From contig JANJGN010000121.1 in assembly GCA_026770705.1 (NCBI GenBank), positions 620,001-684,000 of the forward strand: a DNA stretch of 64,000 bases. The letters run 5' to 3'. Under the pieces are notes generated by a model. The model saw only the letters and a list, made by a program, of their open reading frames with translations. It was not told where the DNA came from and ran no database searches. This stretch comes from Isurus oxyrinchus (Eukaryota). Below, in pieces: positions 25,670 to 37,879 of the stretch. Each line of letters begins with the position of its first letter. Positions within the stretch are counted from its first letter, which is position 1. The position numbers and the translations under genes were made by a program.

Positions 25670-26275
25670 GAGGGTCAGTACCGGCGGGGGGGCAGGACAG
25701 TTGGAGGGTCAGTACTGAGGGGGTGCTGCATTGTCAGACGGTCAGTCTTGGAGTGCTGCACTGTCAGAGGGTCAGTACCGGCGAGGGACTGCACAGTCGG
25801 AGGGTCAGTACTGAGGGGGTGCTGCATTGTCAGACGGTCAGTACTGAGGGAGTGCTGCACAGTCGGAGGGTCAGTACTGAGGGGGTGCTGCACTGTTGAA
25901 GGCGCTGTCTTTCAGATGAGATGTTAAACTGAGACAACATCTGCCCTCTCAGATGGATGTAGAGGATTCCATGGCCACAATTTAAATGAAGTGCGTCAGG
26001 AGTTGGGGGTATGTGTGGAGGGGGTGGTGGGGGGTGGATGGGATGGAGTTATGTCCGCTTTCCTGGGGCAAACATTTATCCCTCAACTGACATTGGTAAA
26101 AAACTGAAAATCGGGGCCATTATCACATTTCTGTTTGTGGGATCTTGCTGTGCGTGAATTGCCTGCTGCGTTTCCTACATTACAGCGGTGAGCTCACTTC
26201 AGATAAAGTCCTTCCTTCAGCTGTGGAACACTTTGGGCCATCCTGAGGAGGGGAAAGGCGCTAGAGAAATGCGCC
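25670..26275 (+). mobile_element. DeuSINE/SacSINE1-like SINE with internally expanded 33-bp unit
   Basis: Array runs directly into gtctttcagatgagatgttaaac...atttatccctcaac...gtttgtgggatcttgctgtgc...aaaggcgctagagaaatgc. Confidence 0.7.
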
Positions 26276-26779
26276 ATCCTCCTTCCAATGACGTGCCTGA
26301 TTGAAATGATGCCTTCTTTCTTTCCGGAATGTTCTCACCTATTGTCCTCCTGCTTTTCCAGGGCTCCTTGCTGCAGCGCCAGAAGAGAATGAGCAGACAG
26401 CAGCTCTGCAGATTCTGCTGTAACTGCTGTAATTGGAGAGGACCAAATGAGACTTGTGGTATCTGCTGTAGATATTAGACCCTGGCCTCATTCACGCAAG
26501 GTCATCCTGCACCATGCCACAGCCTCTCCCCTCCTTATCTACTGCTTAGCAATCTATTTCACACAGGCCCTGTTCATTAATTCCAACTGAAACTTTACCT
26601 GCGTTTTACAGCAGGGAAAGAAGCCATTTGGCCCATCTGCTCCATGCTGGAGTTTCTGCTCCACACGAGTCTCCGCCCACCCCTTCTCCATCTCACCCCA
26701 TCACCATATCCTTCTATTCATTTCTCCCTCGTGTGTTTATCCAGCTTCCCCTTAAATACATCGACACTATTCACCTCAC

Positions 26780-27170
26780 GTGACTGTGTTTGTGTCTGTC
26801 TTTATGAGCGTGTGTGTGTGACTGTCAATATGTGTGTGTCAATGTGAATGTGTGTGATTGTGTCAGCGTGTGTGTGTGTATGTGTGACTGTCAGTGCGTG
26901 TCAATGTGAATGTGTGTGATTGTGTCAGCGTGTGTATGTGTGTGTCTGTGTGTGTGACTGTGTCAGTGTGTGTCAATGTGAATGAGTGAGTGTGTCAGTG
27001 TGTCTGTGTGGGTGTGTGTGACTGTGTCAGTGTGTGTCAATGTGAATGAGTGAGTGTGTCAGTGTGTCTGTGTGGGTGTGTGTGACTGTGTCAGTGTGTG
27101 TCAATGTGAATGAGTGAGTGTGTCAGTGTGTCTGTGTGGGTGTGGGTGTGTGAGTGTGCAAGTGAATGTG
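26780..27170 (+). repeat. (TG)n-rich compound satellite
   Basis: gtgtgtcaatgtgaatgagtgagtgtgtcagt units. Confidence 0.85.
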
Positions 27171-27589
27171 TGAGGAATCTTATGACTAAGTCTTTTGAAT
27201 GGATGTTACTGGGGTTAATGATAGTTAAAATTCAGAGAGATGTAAAGCGGGCTCCTGATTTTGCTGCTTTATGCTCCCGGGCACAGATTCACCCCGACAA
27301 TGTGTTCATGATTCACCATCATCTTGTCGGGACTTTAATTGTAAAGATTATGATTTGTGAAAAAAAATGAATAAACAACTTTTGTCTTCACAAAAAGAGT
27401 CTGGCTTGGTATTTCAGGCTATTTGTCTCCCCCTCACCCTCCCCCCCCACCATGCCCCCCACACCAGGGAACAATTGTCCCCCCTTCCTCTGAAGTTCTG
27501 GGTAAAGATCAGCTTTGTTCAATGCAAGCTGTTCCGGCATCGAGAACGTTGTTACAAATATCTCACAAAGGGCACACGCCATGATAGCC

Positions 27590-27720
27590 CACTTTCAACA
27601 GATTTTACCAGTTGACCAGGTTGAAAACCTTTTCATAAACCACAACGTAGGTGTTCAATTCTTGCTGCTGTTTGCTTAATGTTCTCATAACTGCTATAAC
27701 CTCTCTAGTTCCACTACATA
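27590..27720 (-). mobile_element. Ancient RTE-like LINE RT fragment
   Basis: GTREVIAVMRTL...VVYEKVFNLVNW resembles GTRDAI..LR...DYEKAFDRVNW. Confidence 0.45.
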
Positions 27721-29009
27721 ACAACACCAACATAAATAAACAGAAGCAGGAGTAGGCCTTTTGGCCTCCCAAGCCAGCTTGTCCATTCAATTTGAACCTG
27801 GCTCCTGCTGAAAGTTATTTAAGTTGAAGCGATAAAGCCATCAGGTGCAGGGATTAAAATGTAAGCAAAGGAAAAATAATACTTAGACATGAGATTTAAA
27901 ATCAGTTTCTGTGAAGAATCATACTGAGGCCATTGCTCTGGATTCCTTCTTTCCAGAGTGAAGGGTTTAAAACTAGGAGTCACATTCAGCAGCTGCGTTG
28001 TCTTCTCTAGTTGACTATTTGGAGGTTGCCTGTAGATGTGAATCAGCAGGTCAGCAGCTTTGGGGAGTGAGTGAAGGTCCCTTTTATTTACAGGATCTGC
28101 CACAGGGTGTGCAGGAATATTCCTGCTGAATTCTCCATCCTTGCATTCATGAAGGGTTTGAAACTGAAAGTCATATTCAGCAGCTGCAATGGCCTCTGTA
28201 GCCAACTGTCTGGAGGTTGCCTGTACAGGTGGACTCAGCAGGTCAACAGCTTTGTAGGGCGGGGGGGTGCACGGGTAGTAAAGGTCCCTTTACTTTAAAG
28301 GCTCTGCCAGTGCAACACTTGATGATCCTGGGTCAAAATCATGTATCACCCTCCCCAACAGCACTGTGGATGTGCCCTATGGAGGTTCCTTGGCTTCGAC
28401 AAGCAGCCTACCAGCTCTGCTCTCAATTCCTCTTCACACTTGCTTCCTTCCTCCTCTGGTCTTTACTTTGTTATAGTGTTAGTGTCCGCTGTGCCTTTTT
28501 TGTTGCTTTCCCAATTCTTCCCACCAACTCTCTCTGGCTTGATCCTTCTCTGTGCTCATCTCATTGGTTTGGGTTTCTATCCGTTCATTGACCTGGTGTC
28601 ATCTGAAACTGGTGCAATCAGGTAGGGGTGGGGGGGTTGGCGCTGGCCATGGGTGGTGATACACGGCTACCTTTTTACCAAAATTCTTTCACGGGATGTG
28701 GACAGCGTTTGTTACCTGTTCCTGACTGACCCCTTGAGAAGGGGGTGCTGAGCTGCCTTTTCGAAGTGCTGCAGTTCACCTGGTTTGACTGGTCTGTGGC
28801 GGGTTTTGATATAACTCAGTGGCTTGCTCGGCCATTTCAGGGGCCAGTTAAGAGTCAACCACATTGCTGTGGGTCAGGAGTCACACGTAGGCCAGAATGG
28901 GTAAGGACGGCAGGTTTCCTTCCCCAAAGGGCATTAGTGACCCAGATGGGTTTTTGCAACAATTGGCCTTAGTTTCATGGTCACCGTTACTGAGACTAGC
29001 TTCGCATTC

Positions 29010-30090
29010 CAGATGTCACATCCAGTCGTGGACAATCAAACAACTCACTGGAGGAGGAGTCTCCACAAATATCCTCATCCTCAATGATGGAGGAGCCCAG
29101 CACGCCAGTGCAAAAGACAAGACTGAAGCATGCGCAACAATCTTCAGCCAGAAGTGCTGAGTGGGTGATCCATCTCGGCCTCCTCCGGAGGTCCCCAGCA
29201 TCACAGATGCCAATCTTTAGCTAATTCGATTAATTCCACGTGATATCAAGAAAGGGCTGAAGGCACTGGATATTGCAAAGGCTCCAGGCCCTGACAATAT
29301 TCTGGCAATAGTACTGAAGACTTGTGCTCCAGAACTTGCTGCGCCCCTAGCCAAGCTTTTCTGGAATTTTCTAGTACAGCTGCAACACTGGCAACTACCC
29401 GGCTATGGGGTACGTCCTGTACACAAAAAGCAGGACAAATCCAACCCAGCCAATTACCCAGCAGTCTATTCTTGATCATTACTAAAGTGATTGAAGGGGT
29501 CATCAATAGCGCTTTCAAGCAGCACCTGCTTAGCAAGAACCTGCTCACTGACGCTCAGTTTGTGTTCCACCAGGATCATTCAGCTCCTGGCCTCATTACA
29601 GCCTTGGTTCAAACATGCACAAATGAGCTGAACTCCAGAGGTGAGAGGGACTGCCCTTGACATCAAGGCAGCATTTGACTGAGTGTGGCAAATCAAGGAG
29701 CCCGAGCAAAACTGGAGTCAATGGGAATCGGAGGAAAACTCTCCGCTGCTTGGAGTCATACCCAGCACAAAGGAAAATGGTTGTGATTATTGGGGGTCAA
29801 TCATCTCAGTTCCAGGACATCACTGCAGGAGTTACTCAGGGTAGTGTCCTAGGCCCAACCATCTTCAGCTGCTTCATCAATGACCTTCCTTCCATCATAA
29901 GGTCAGAAGTGGGGATGTTTGCTGAAGTTTGCACAATGTTCAGCATCATTCACGGCTCCTCAGATACTGAAGCAAGTTATGTCCAAATGCAGCAAGACCT
30001 GGACAACATCCAGGCTTGGGCTGACAGATGATAAGTAACATTCATGCCACACAAGTGCCAGGCAATGACCAGCTCCAACAAGAGAGAATC
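29010..30090 (+). mobile_element. CR1-group LINE RT fragment
   Basis: KVIEGVINSAFKQHL, QGSVLGPTIFSCFINDLP. Confidence 0.85.
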
Positions 30091-30569
30091 TCACTGAAGG
30101 TGCAGAATATTTGGATTTATTTTAAAGAGCCAGCCAGGACCAGCAGCTAGGGTGACAAAGCGTACACAGACAATCACATCCTTACGTGAAAGCTAAAAAC
30201 CTGTACAAAGGGTTCAGCTGTAAATTTGCAATGAGGAAATGGGAGACACACACACAAGGACACAGGGTGACTCAATCAAGAAATGGGGAAGGTTATTTCA
30301 CACCCTCCGATGGCCTTGAACCACATCCAGTCAGCCTCCGGAAACCTTTTGTAGCGAACAAACATAGATTCTTTGCTGTCTCAAAAGGACAATAGCCAGT
30401 CTCTGCCCTGTAATTACTGTACAAGAACACAATTATCAGCCCACCGGAGGGTCATTGTGCTGTGGCCTTTGTCTAACTAATACCATTACCTTGTAACTGA
30501 GAGTAAAAAATATATAAACTGTGCTCATTTGAACCTCGGTGGAGAAGCACCTGGACTGCCCAGGAATGG

Positions 30570-31500
30570 CGGCTAAATGAGCTGCTGACACAAAGATAGG
30601 TTGGAAAGTAAATTGTGAAGAGGATGTAAGGTGGTTAGAAAGTGACATCGATAGGTTAAGTGAGTGGGCAAAGATCTGACAAATGGAGAATAATGTGGGC
30701 GCATGTGAAATTGTTCATTTTGTCAGAAAGAACAAGAAGGAAGATTATTATCTAAAAGGTGAGAGATTGCAGAGCTCTGAGATGCAGAGGGATCTGGGTG
30801 TCCTCGTGCATGAATCACAAAAGGCTGGTTTGCAGATACAGCAGGTCAATCGGAAAGCTAATGGGATGTTATAATTTACTGTGGGGGAATTGAATAGAAA
30901 AGTAGGGAGGTTACGTTCAGTTGTACAGGGCACTGGTGAGACCACATCTGGAGTACTCTGTACAGTAAGGTCACCTTACTTAAAGAAAGATGTAAATGCA
31001 TTAGAAGCAGTTCAGAGAAGGTTTACTAGACTAATACCAGGATTGGGCGGGTTGTCTTATGAGGTCAGGTTGGACAGGTTAGGCTTGTATCCACTGGAGT
31101 TTAGAAGAGTAAGAGGCAACTTAATTAAAACCTTTAAGATCCAGGTGAGTCTTGACAGGGTGGATATGGAGAGGATGTTCCCTCTTGTGTGAGAATCTAG
31201 AACTAGGGGGTCATGGTTTAAAAATAAGGGGTCGCTCATTTAAGATAGAGATGAGGCGAAATGTTTTCTCTCAGAGGGTAGTGAGTCTTTGGAACACTCT
31301 GCCTCAAAAGGCAGTGGAAACAGGGTCTTTGAATATTTTTAAGGCAGAGCTAGATAGATTCTTGATTAACAAGGGGGTGAAAGGTCATTGGGGGTAGACA
31401 GGAATGTGAGGTTGAGGTGACAATCAGATCAGCCATGATCTTACTGAATGGCGGAGCAGGTTCGAGGGGCTGAGTGACCTACTCCTGATCCTAACTCAGA
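30570..31500 (+). mobile_element. CR1 LINE 3' part
   Basis: ADTKIG, RDLGVLVHES, LEAVQRRFTRLIPG, 3' tail. Confidence 0.88.
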
Positions 31501-32844
31501 TATCCAGATGTTCTCAAAGGCAATTGGGGATGGGCAACAAATACTGGCCTAGCCAGTGACACCAACATCCCTGAAATGAATAAGAAAAAAATGTATCAAT
31601 CAATTAAATTTATTGATTAATCGAATCGAAATTCCTCCAGCTGCCGTGGTGGGATTTGAACCCGTGCGTTCAAAGCATTCACCTGGGCCTCTGGATCACT
31701 GGCCTAGTGCCATTCCCATTGTGCGACTGTCTGCTATCATCATGGCTCTTTCACATCGATGTGGAAGTCCTGATAACAGAAGCATTGGACGAGGTACAGA
31801 AAGGTGACAAATCAGGAGCTCCATTGCTCAATATGAACGGATAATAAAGATAAATGAACATAAACCTTCCAGTCGCTAATTAGGGAGTCACTGTGGAGCC
31901 CATGAGTCCCTCGCAGCGCTATTGCAACCGTCTGGATCCCCAGTAGGGGACTCGGGGTGCAGCTGTGTCTTCCTCATCATTTGGAAAAGCCGGAATTGTT
32001 CGGGTGCCCCTTCAAACAGGCCTACGAGTGCAGTGGGTGATGTCTCCCACAGGCCCTGGGAGACCTCCACTGCCAATTTGTTTTGTAGCTTATTCTTCAA
32101 CTGCGACATTGGATCAGCTTGAAAAAGGGTGGGGCTGAGGCAATACCACCAGGTAAGCGTCTATCCCCTCACACGTCACCCCCCCCCCACCCCCGTAACC
32201 ATCACAGTCCCTCCCATCGTGCTGGAGGAGCATAATGTGCACATTCCCCTCCTTCCAATCAGTCTCCTCCCTTCCTCTCTAATCCTTGATCTTATTGTGT
32301 TGGGGGTTGACATCCCAGTCCTCCTCCCTAGACTGTCTGATGTTGACATCCCAATGCCCCATGTAGACCTGACCTCTCTCCAACTAGAGGCCCATTGTAC
32401 TGTGACTTACAGAGACCACCGGCCCCCCTCGATTCCCAGCCCCACCCCTACTCTCTATATTACCTGCTCCCCACTGACAGGCTGCAGTTGCCTCCCCTGA
32501 CTGGGATTGTGCCACCTGCGGCCTAGTATCAAGCCACCCACCCCCAGGATGGACGTGTGTGAGGGACTGACCACGTCCTGCACACCATGCTGGGCACCAC
32601 CAACCCAGGACTGCCAGGCTGTCCCCACCACACTGGACTGGGACTAGAATAGGCATGGCAAGCACAGCTCTCTAAATCGTGGCGCAGACCCACAGCACTC
32701 GCAATGTTTTGTGGCCCGAATCCTTGCTGAGGAACTGCCCAGCACTAAAAGCAAAAAAACTGCAGATGCTGGAAATTCAAAACAGAAACAGAAACAGAAA
32801 TACCTGGAAAAACTCAGCTGGTCTGGCAGCATCGGCGGAGAAGT

Positions 32845-33190
32845 ACTGAGGTAGTGCGGCACTGTCGGAGGTTCAGAACTGAGGGAGTGCTGCACTGTCG
32901 GAGGGTCTGAAATGAGGGAGTGCTGCACTGTCAGAGGGTCTGAACTGAGAAAGTGCTGCACTGTCAGAGGGTCTGAACTGAGAGAGTGCTGCACTGTCAG
33001 AGGGTCTGAACTGAGGGAGTGCTGCACTGTCGGAGGTTCTGAATTGAGGGAGTGCTGCACTGTCGGAGGGTTTGAACTGAGGGAGTGCTGCACAGTCGGA
33101 GGGTCTGAACTGAGGGAGTGCTGCACTGTCGGAGGGTTTGAACTGAGGGAGTGCTGCATTGTCGGGGGGTCTGATCTGAGGGAGTGCTGC
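32845..33190 (+). repeat. 33-bp minisatellite
   Basis: Tandem units. Confidence 0.9.
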
Positions 33191-33519
33191 CTTGTCTAAA
33201 GAACATTGTACAAATTGCACAAAATTGCATCTGATGCCTGTGACTCATGCTATCATGAAGTTCATGCACACAACAGGAATATTTCTCGCTGTTTCTCGAC
33301 AGCAAGACAGCTTTGATATCACACCACCCACTGGCAAGTGTGTGCAGCTACAATGTGACATGTTTACATTGGAAATTTCTATTATAAAGATGGGCACAGG
33401 AATTCATCTGATTGGAAAACGTGACAACATGAAGTAATGTCTTTGAGCCAAGTATTTTGCAGCAAAACAAGAATTTTAATCTTTAAATATCTACAGAACA
33501 GGCTGAGCATTTTAATCAC

Positions 33520-33700
33520 TTCTGTTAATCAATGTAATTTTATTCATAACCCAAATGCTTCTTACAATCTATCGCAGCATGAAAAAGGTGCAGCATTCAG
33601 AAAGCACATTCCAATCAGAGAACAGAGTTTAGCAATGTCACATTTCTGTTGATTCCTATTCGACCATGTTGGCTGCACACAGCCAGACAATGCCGTGGTT
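33520..33700 (-). terminator. Gene B distal 3' UTR with AATAAA (33544-33539); paralogous copy at ~50420-50600 for gene C
   Basis: Minus-strand AATAAA next to a block homologous to the gene A 3' UTR (7251-7378). Confidence 0.55.
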
Positions 33701-33894
33701 ATGATGTGTCCACACAGCAGGACTGGGGAGCACCAGGTATAAGGAAAAGTTTCAGCTTGCTGAGGAGAAGAAGGAGAATCTCTCGTTCCAGGTTTCTCTC
33801 CGTACATTAAGAAGCAGGCATGCCGATGTTTCATTGCACTCTGTCTGCTGATGGGAGTCCGCTTGGAAATTGCTGTTTGTGCTGATGGAAAGAA

Positions 33895-34500
33895 TAAGCT
33901 TTTCATAAATCGAGGGAATGAGTACAAACACAGGGAGGTTATGCTGAACATTTATAAAGCTCTGGTTAGGTCACAACTAGAGTATTGTGTCCAGTTCTGG
34001 TCTCCTCACTTTGGGAAGGAAGTGAGGGTCCTTGAGAGGGTGGGGAGGAGATTGAGCAGAATGGGTCCAGGGATGAGGGATTTTAGCTACAAGGTTGGGT
34101 TGGAGAAGCTGGGGTTGTTCTCCTTGGAACAAAGGAGATTGAGGGGGGATCTGATCGAGGTGTACAAGATGATGATGGGTTTAGATAAGGTAGAGAAAGA
34201 GAAGCTGTTGCCATTAGCTGATGGGACAAGGACTGGGGGACACAGATTGAAGGTTTTGGACAGAGGGGGATGTGAGGAGGAACTTTTTTACACAGCGAGT
34301 GGTAATGAGCTGGAACTCGCTGCCTACGAGGATGGTGGAAGTGGAGACAATGAACGATTTCAAACAGAAATTGGACGGACACTTGGAAATAAACTCACAG
34401 GGATACGGAGATAGAGCGGGGGAATGGGACTGACTGGATTGCTCTGCAGAGAGACAGCATGGACTCAATGGGCCAAATGTCCTCCTCCATTGCTGGAATA
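33895..34500 (+). mobile_element. CR1 fragment in gene B 3' UTR region (duplicated at ~50790-51400)
   Basis: YKALVRSQLEYCVQFWSP...LEQRRLRGDLIEVYK. Confidence 0.88.
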
Positions 34501-34616
34501 ACTCGATGATACGGAGATGATTCTAACCAGGATTCTGACCAGTTTCATTACAACTTAACACAACATCACACGTTATTTGTCCGCACTGACTGACCAGATT
34601 GTTGCTGTACAAAGCT

Positions 34617-34756
34617 TCAAACAGTCTGTCGACTTCCTTTCACTGTTTGTCTCTCCCAGACACAGACTCCAGCGATAGTGATAACCACAGCCACAAGGAA
34701 TATCACAGCTCGTATTCCCAGGATCAGGATCACGTGCAGAATCTCTCCTCCACTGT
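34617..34756 (-). CDS. Gene B: TM + short tail exon with intramembrane Arg (activating type)
   Basis: tgtgttctctag acceptor, phase 1; xSGGEILHVILILGIRAVIFLVAVVITIAGVCVWERQTVKGSRQTV-stop; Arg codon CGA at 34712-34710; no Tyr in tail. The ORF track shows a different frame. Confidence 0.85.
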
Positions 34757-35873
34757 CTAGAGAACACACAGAAAGAAATCATCACTGACTCTCCGCTTTC
34801 AATCTCTCACTCTGGCTGAACAATCAAGCTTCATATCACTGCAACATTTGCTGTAATATTGACCCATCCACTGGGATTCAATGTGGAATGAATGTTTTCA
34901 TTGTAAACACTCTAAGAGTGGACAATCGGAACTTTCCCCTTAGCGTGGAACATTGGTGAGAATGGATCATTGTGCTGTTGGACTCCCTGTCCAATGTTTC
35001 TCTCCATCGCTGTGTACAGGATTGTGCTGTAGAAAATTCTGGAAACGTTTAGTGCAGGGTGGAAATCCATCTCGGACGCGTGTGCGAATCGGGCAGGATT
35101 GAGATGGACTCCCCCACGGATTACAACCCCCGCTTAATAAACAGTTCCAATCTTTACCCAGAGAGAGGGGAGAATGTGGAACTCGCTCCCACAGGGAGTG
35201 GTCGAGGTGAATAGAAGCAAATTAGGATGGGAAATTGCTTGAAAAGCTGGGAGATGCAAGGGTTAAGTGCTACCGTGCCACCACTGGTGGGAGAGTGTAA
35301 CTACAGCGTGACGTTTACATAGGCAATCCCCATTATGAACTTGGACATTGGACATCATGTGCAAATTGGGCTCTGGAAAGGTGAGAACATGATGTAAGCT
35401 TTTCACCAACAGAAATTCCTTCGTAAACCTCTCCATCTCTCTCTTACTGTCAGATACTCAAACAACATTTCACACAGAATTACATAAGGAGGAGTTGGGA
35501 CAGGTGACTGGTCAAAGGGTTAGATTTCAGGAAGCTTTTTAAAGGAGGATAGAGAGTTAGAGAGGCAGAGAGTATCTGTGAGAATCTCTGTGCATCTGGG
35601 TGTCTAATAGACTTTGCAATTTCCGCGTTCTTCCATAAACTTGAAAGGGAACACAATTCCCAGAATCCATGTCAACTCTCCGGTGCAGCACTGAGGGAGG
35701 TCAGGTAACCCACGGGGGAGAATGTGTTAGTGTGTTTGTTTGTGAGTGTGTCCTTTTGTGTGCTCATACATGTGGGATTGTGTGTCTGCACGTGTCTATT
35801 TAGGTTTGTATAATTGTGTGTGTTTGTGTAGTGTTTGAATCTGAGAGAGCTGTTGAAGTCTGTGTACACTCAC

Positions 35874-36026
35874 GTTCCACAGTGATGGTTATGAACCCCT
35901 CCACTGCTCCATGTTCATTCTCTGCCACACACTGATAGTCTCCAGTGTCCCTGGATGTAACGTGAGGAATCACCAACCACAGCTCATTGTTGGAACTTGT
36001 TCTGTTCATTGTGATATTCAGATGTC
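35874..36026 (-). pseudogene. Gene B: 3' half of a gene A-type C2 exon (pseudo-exon)
   Basis: MNRTSSNNELWLVIPHVTSRDTGDYQCVAENEHGAVEGFITITVE with gtgagt donor; 5' half and acceptor replaced by unrelated repeat-like sequence, in-frame TGA at the junction. Confidence 0.85.
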
Positions 36027-36349
36027 AGGGCAGGACTCAACATGACAGATCACAGGTTTCCCAACAGGAAGTGAACAACAATTTATATTTAATGGGAAGA
36101 GAGTGCTGATTGATTGGCAAGTGGTCTCTGATTGGAGGCGGTGTTGCCATGGAAAATAATGTGTGCGAGCTGTAAAGTTTAGGCAGATTGTCTCTTCATT
36201 CAGCAATAATCAAATAAAGATCAGTTAACTTCTATCGACTGTGAAGCACTTTGAGAGGTCTGAGAATGTAGATACTGAGAACGGGCTGCACTGTCAGAGG
36301 GTCAGCGCTGAGGGAGTGCTGATGTCGAATGAAAGGTGTCGGTACTTAC

Positions 36350-36646
36350 CTTGCACAGTTAGTACGAGGGTCCGCTCCGATGAAACAGATGGATATCTCA
36401 CTCTGCAGCTGAGAGTTTGTCCGTGGTGTTTGAGTGATGGGATCAGGGTCAGAACAGAAGTATAGGTCAGAGTGACACCATGCTGAGTTACAGTGTTTGA
36501 CACTGATCCAGGTACATCAGTGGGAGTGTCCCAGGTTAAGACAGGTGCTGCTGTTCCATTGCACGTTGTGTTGAAGGTGCAGCTTACATCCACACGCTTT
36601 CCTGCAATAATTTCAGCAGGGAATATTGTGGGTTTATCTGTGAAAT
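36350..36646 (-). CDS. Gene B: Siglec domain-2-type C2-set exon
   Basis: tctgttag/gtaagt, 297 nt, phase 1-1; DFTDKPTIFPAEIIAGKRVDVSCTFNTTCNGTAAPVLTW...HHGQTLSCRV; C-x5-C plus F-strand Cys as in Siglec domain 2. Confidence 0.92.
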
Positions 36647-37459
36647 CTAACAGACAGAGAATGGATCCTTTTAGAGAAATATAACGTGAAGCATCAGTTC
36701 AAATAGAAACCACAGTCCCACAAGAGAAAGCACTTTTACAAGGATGATATCAGAACTGAGAGATTACAACGATCAGGAGAGAATTTCCTATTTTCAGACT
36801 TAGTGGATTTTCTGTCTCTCAGATGAATTCACTTCCACTTTGAGACAATTGAATTGACAATCCCAGGTGAGGGTGGGGGAGCAGCTCACAGTTCCTGACA
36901 CACTGGCTTGTTACTTTCTCCGAAATCTGCCAGATTTAAATTCTATCCTGTTCCCAGCAGGAGAGAATCCATTTGAACCAATAACTGAACCGGCATCTAA
37001 AACAGATGATCAGGTTATTGATCACATTGCTGTTTCTGGGAGCTTCCTGTGAATAAATTGGCTGCTGTGTGTCCCATATTACAACAAGGGCAACATTTCA
37101 AGAATTATTTCATTGGTTGTGAAACCATTTGCAACGTACAGAGGTGTTGAAAGGCGCTATAGAAATGCGAATCTTTCTTTTGTCGATATGTAAAACTGTC
37201 AAACACGGTTAGGGAGATCGATGGGAGTGGATAACCTGATAACATTGATGGACACAGTCAATACTTTTAATCATTGATATTAAAGTGAGTATTAGAGGTT
37301 GCTTTAGGACTGAACTGGAAGCTATCACCAGGTTATTGAGAATCAGACAGTGTGCTATAATAAGCTGTGTTTTGTGTTAATATGTAAACGTCACAGTTTG
37401 CGTTATTTCCCATTGAGTGTTGAATGTGAATTGTTGAGTAATTATAACACAGCACTTAC

Positions 37460-37828
37460 CAGAAACGTGAAGCTGGGTTACAGGGTAATAGTTATGGTTC
37501 GGACCATTGTCAAATTCTATCCTGAAAAAATAAGGTCCTGCATCTTCCCGTCTGATGTTGTTTATAATCAGGGAACAGTCGCCATCTTTCAGGTCTCCAG
37601 ACAGCCGGGTCCGATGGTGGAACCGTGGTAACTCGTGACTGTGATCCTTGGAGTGAAAGGCAATGGGAGCCCAGGGAATCTGTTTCTCATTATTAAACCA
37701 GAGTCCACCTCGCGGTTGGTTTTCCAGACACGATGGATAACTGTAATGACAAGGAATCTGTACACACGAACCTTCCTGCGCTGTCACCTCTCGTGGAGTG
37801 TCACCGTTCCACTCTTGTGAGGGTTCAA
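37460..37828 (-). CDS. Gene B: Siglec V-set exon (proximal), essential Arg present
   Basis: ctctccccag/gtaagt, 369 nt; VTAQEGSCVQIPCHYSYP...RTRLSGDLKDGDCSLIINNIRREDAGPYFFRIE; B- and E-strand Cys, no F-strand Cys. Confidence 0.93.
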
Positions 37829-37879
37829 CTGGGGAGAGAAATCTCAATATTTAACTCTGGATGGTTTGTGGATCCACTA

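Noticed and set aside
34573-34785. ORF-track peptide MMISFCVFSRQWRRDS... (and 51475-51687)
   Set aside because: Wrong frame; the splice-phase-consistent frame gives the TM helix.
34930-35040. Possible stalk or relic cytoplasmic exon (acagcgatggag shared with gene A cytoplasmic exon 1)
   Set aside because: Only a 12-nt match, on the wrong side of the TM exon, with no convincing donor.
36018-36206. VICHVESCP resembling the missing VIICSVESFP of the C2 exon
   Set aside because: Poor nucleotide match, lies in repeat-like sequence, is followed by a stop and has no acceptor; treated as coincidence.
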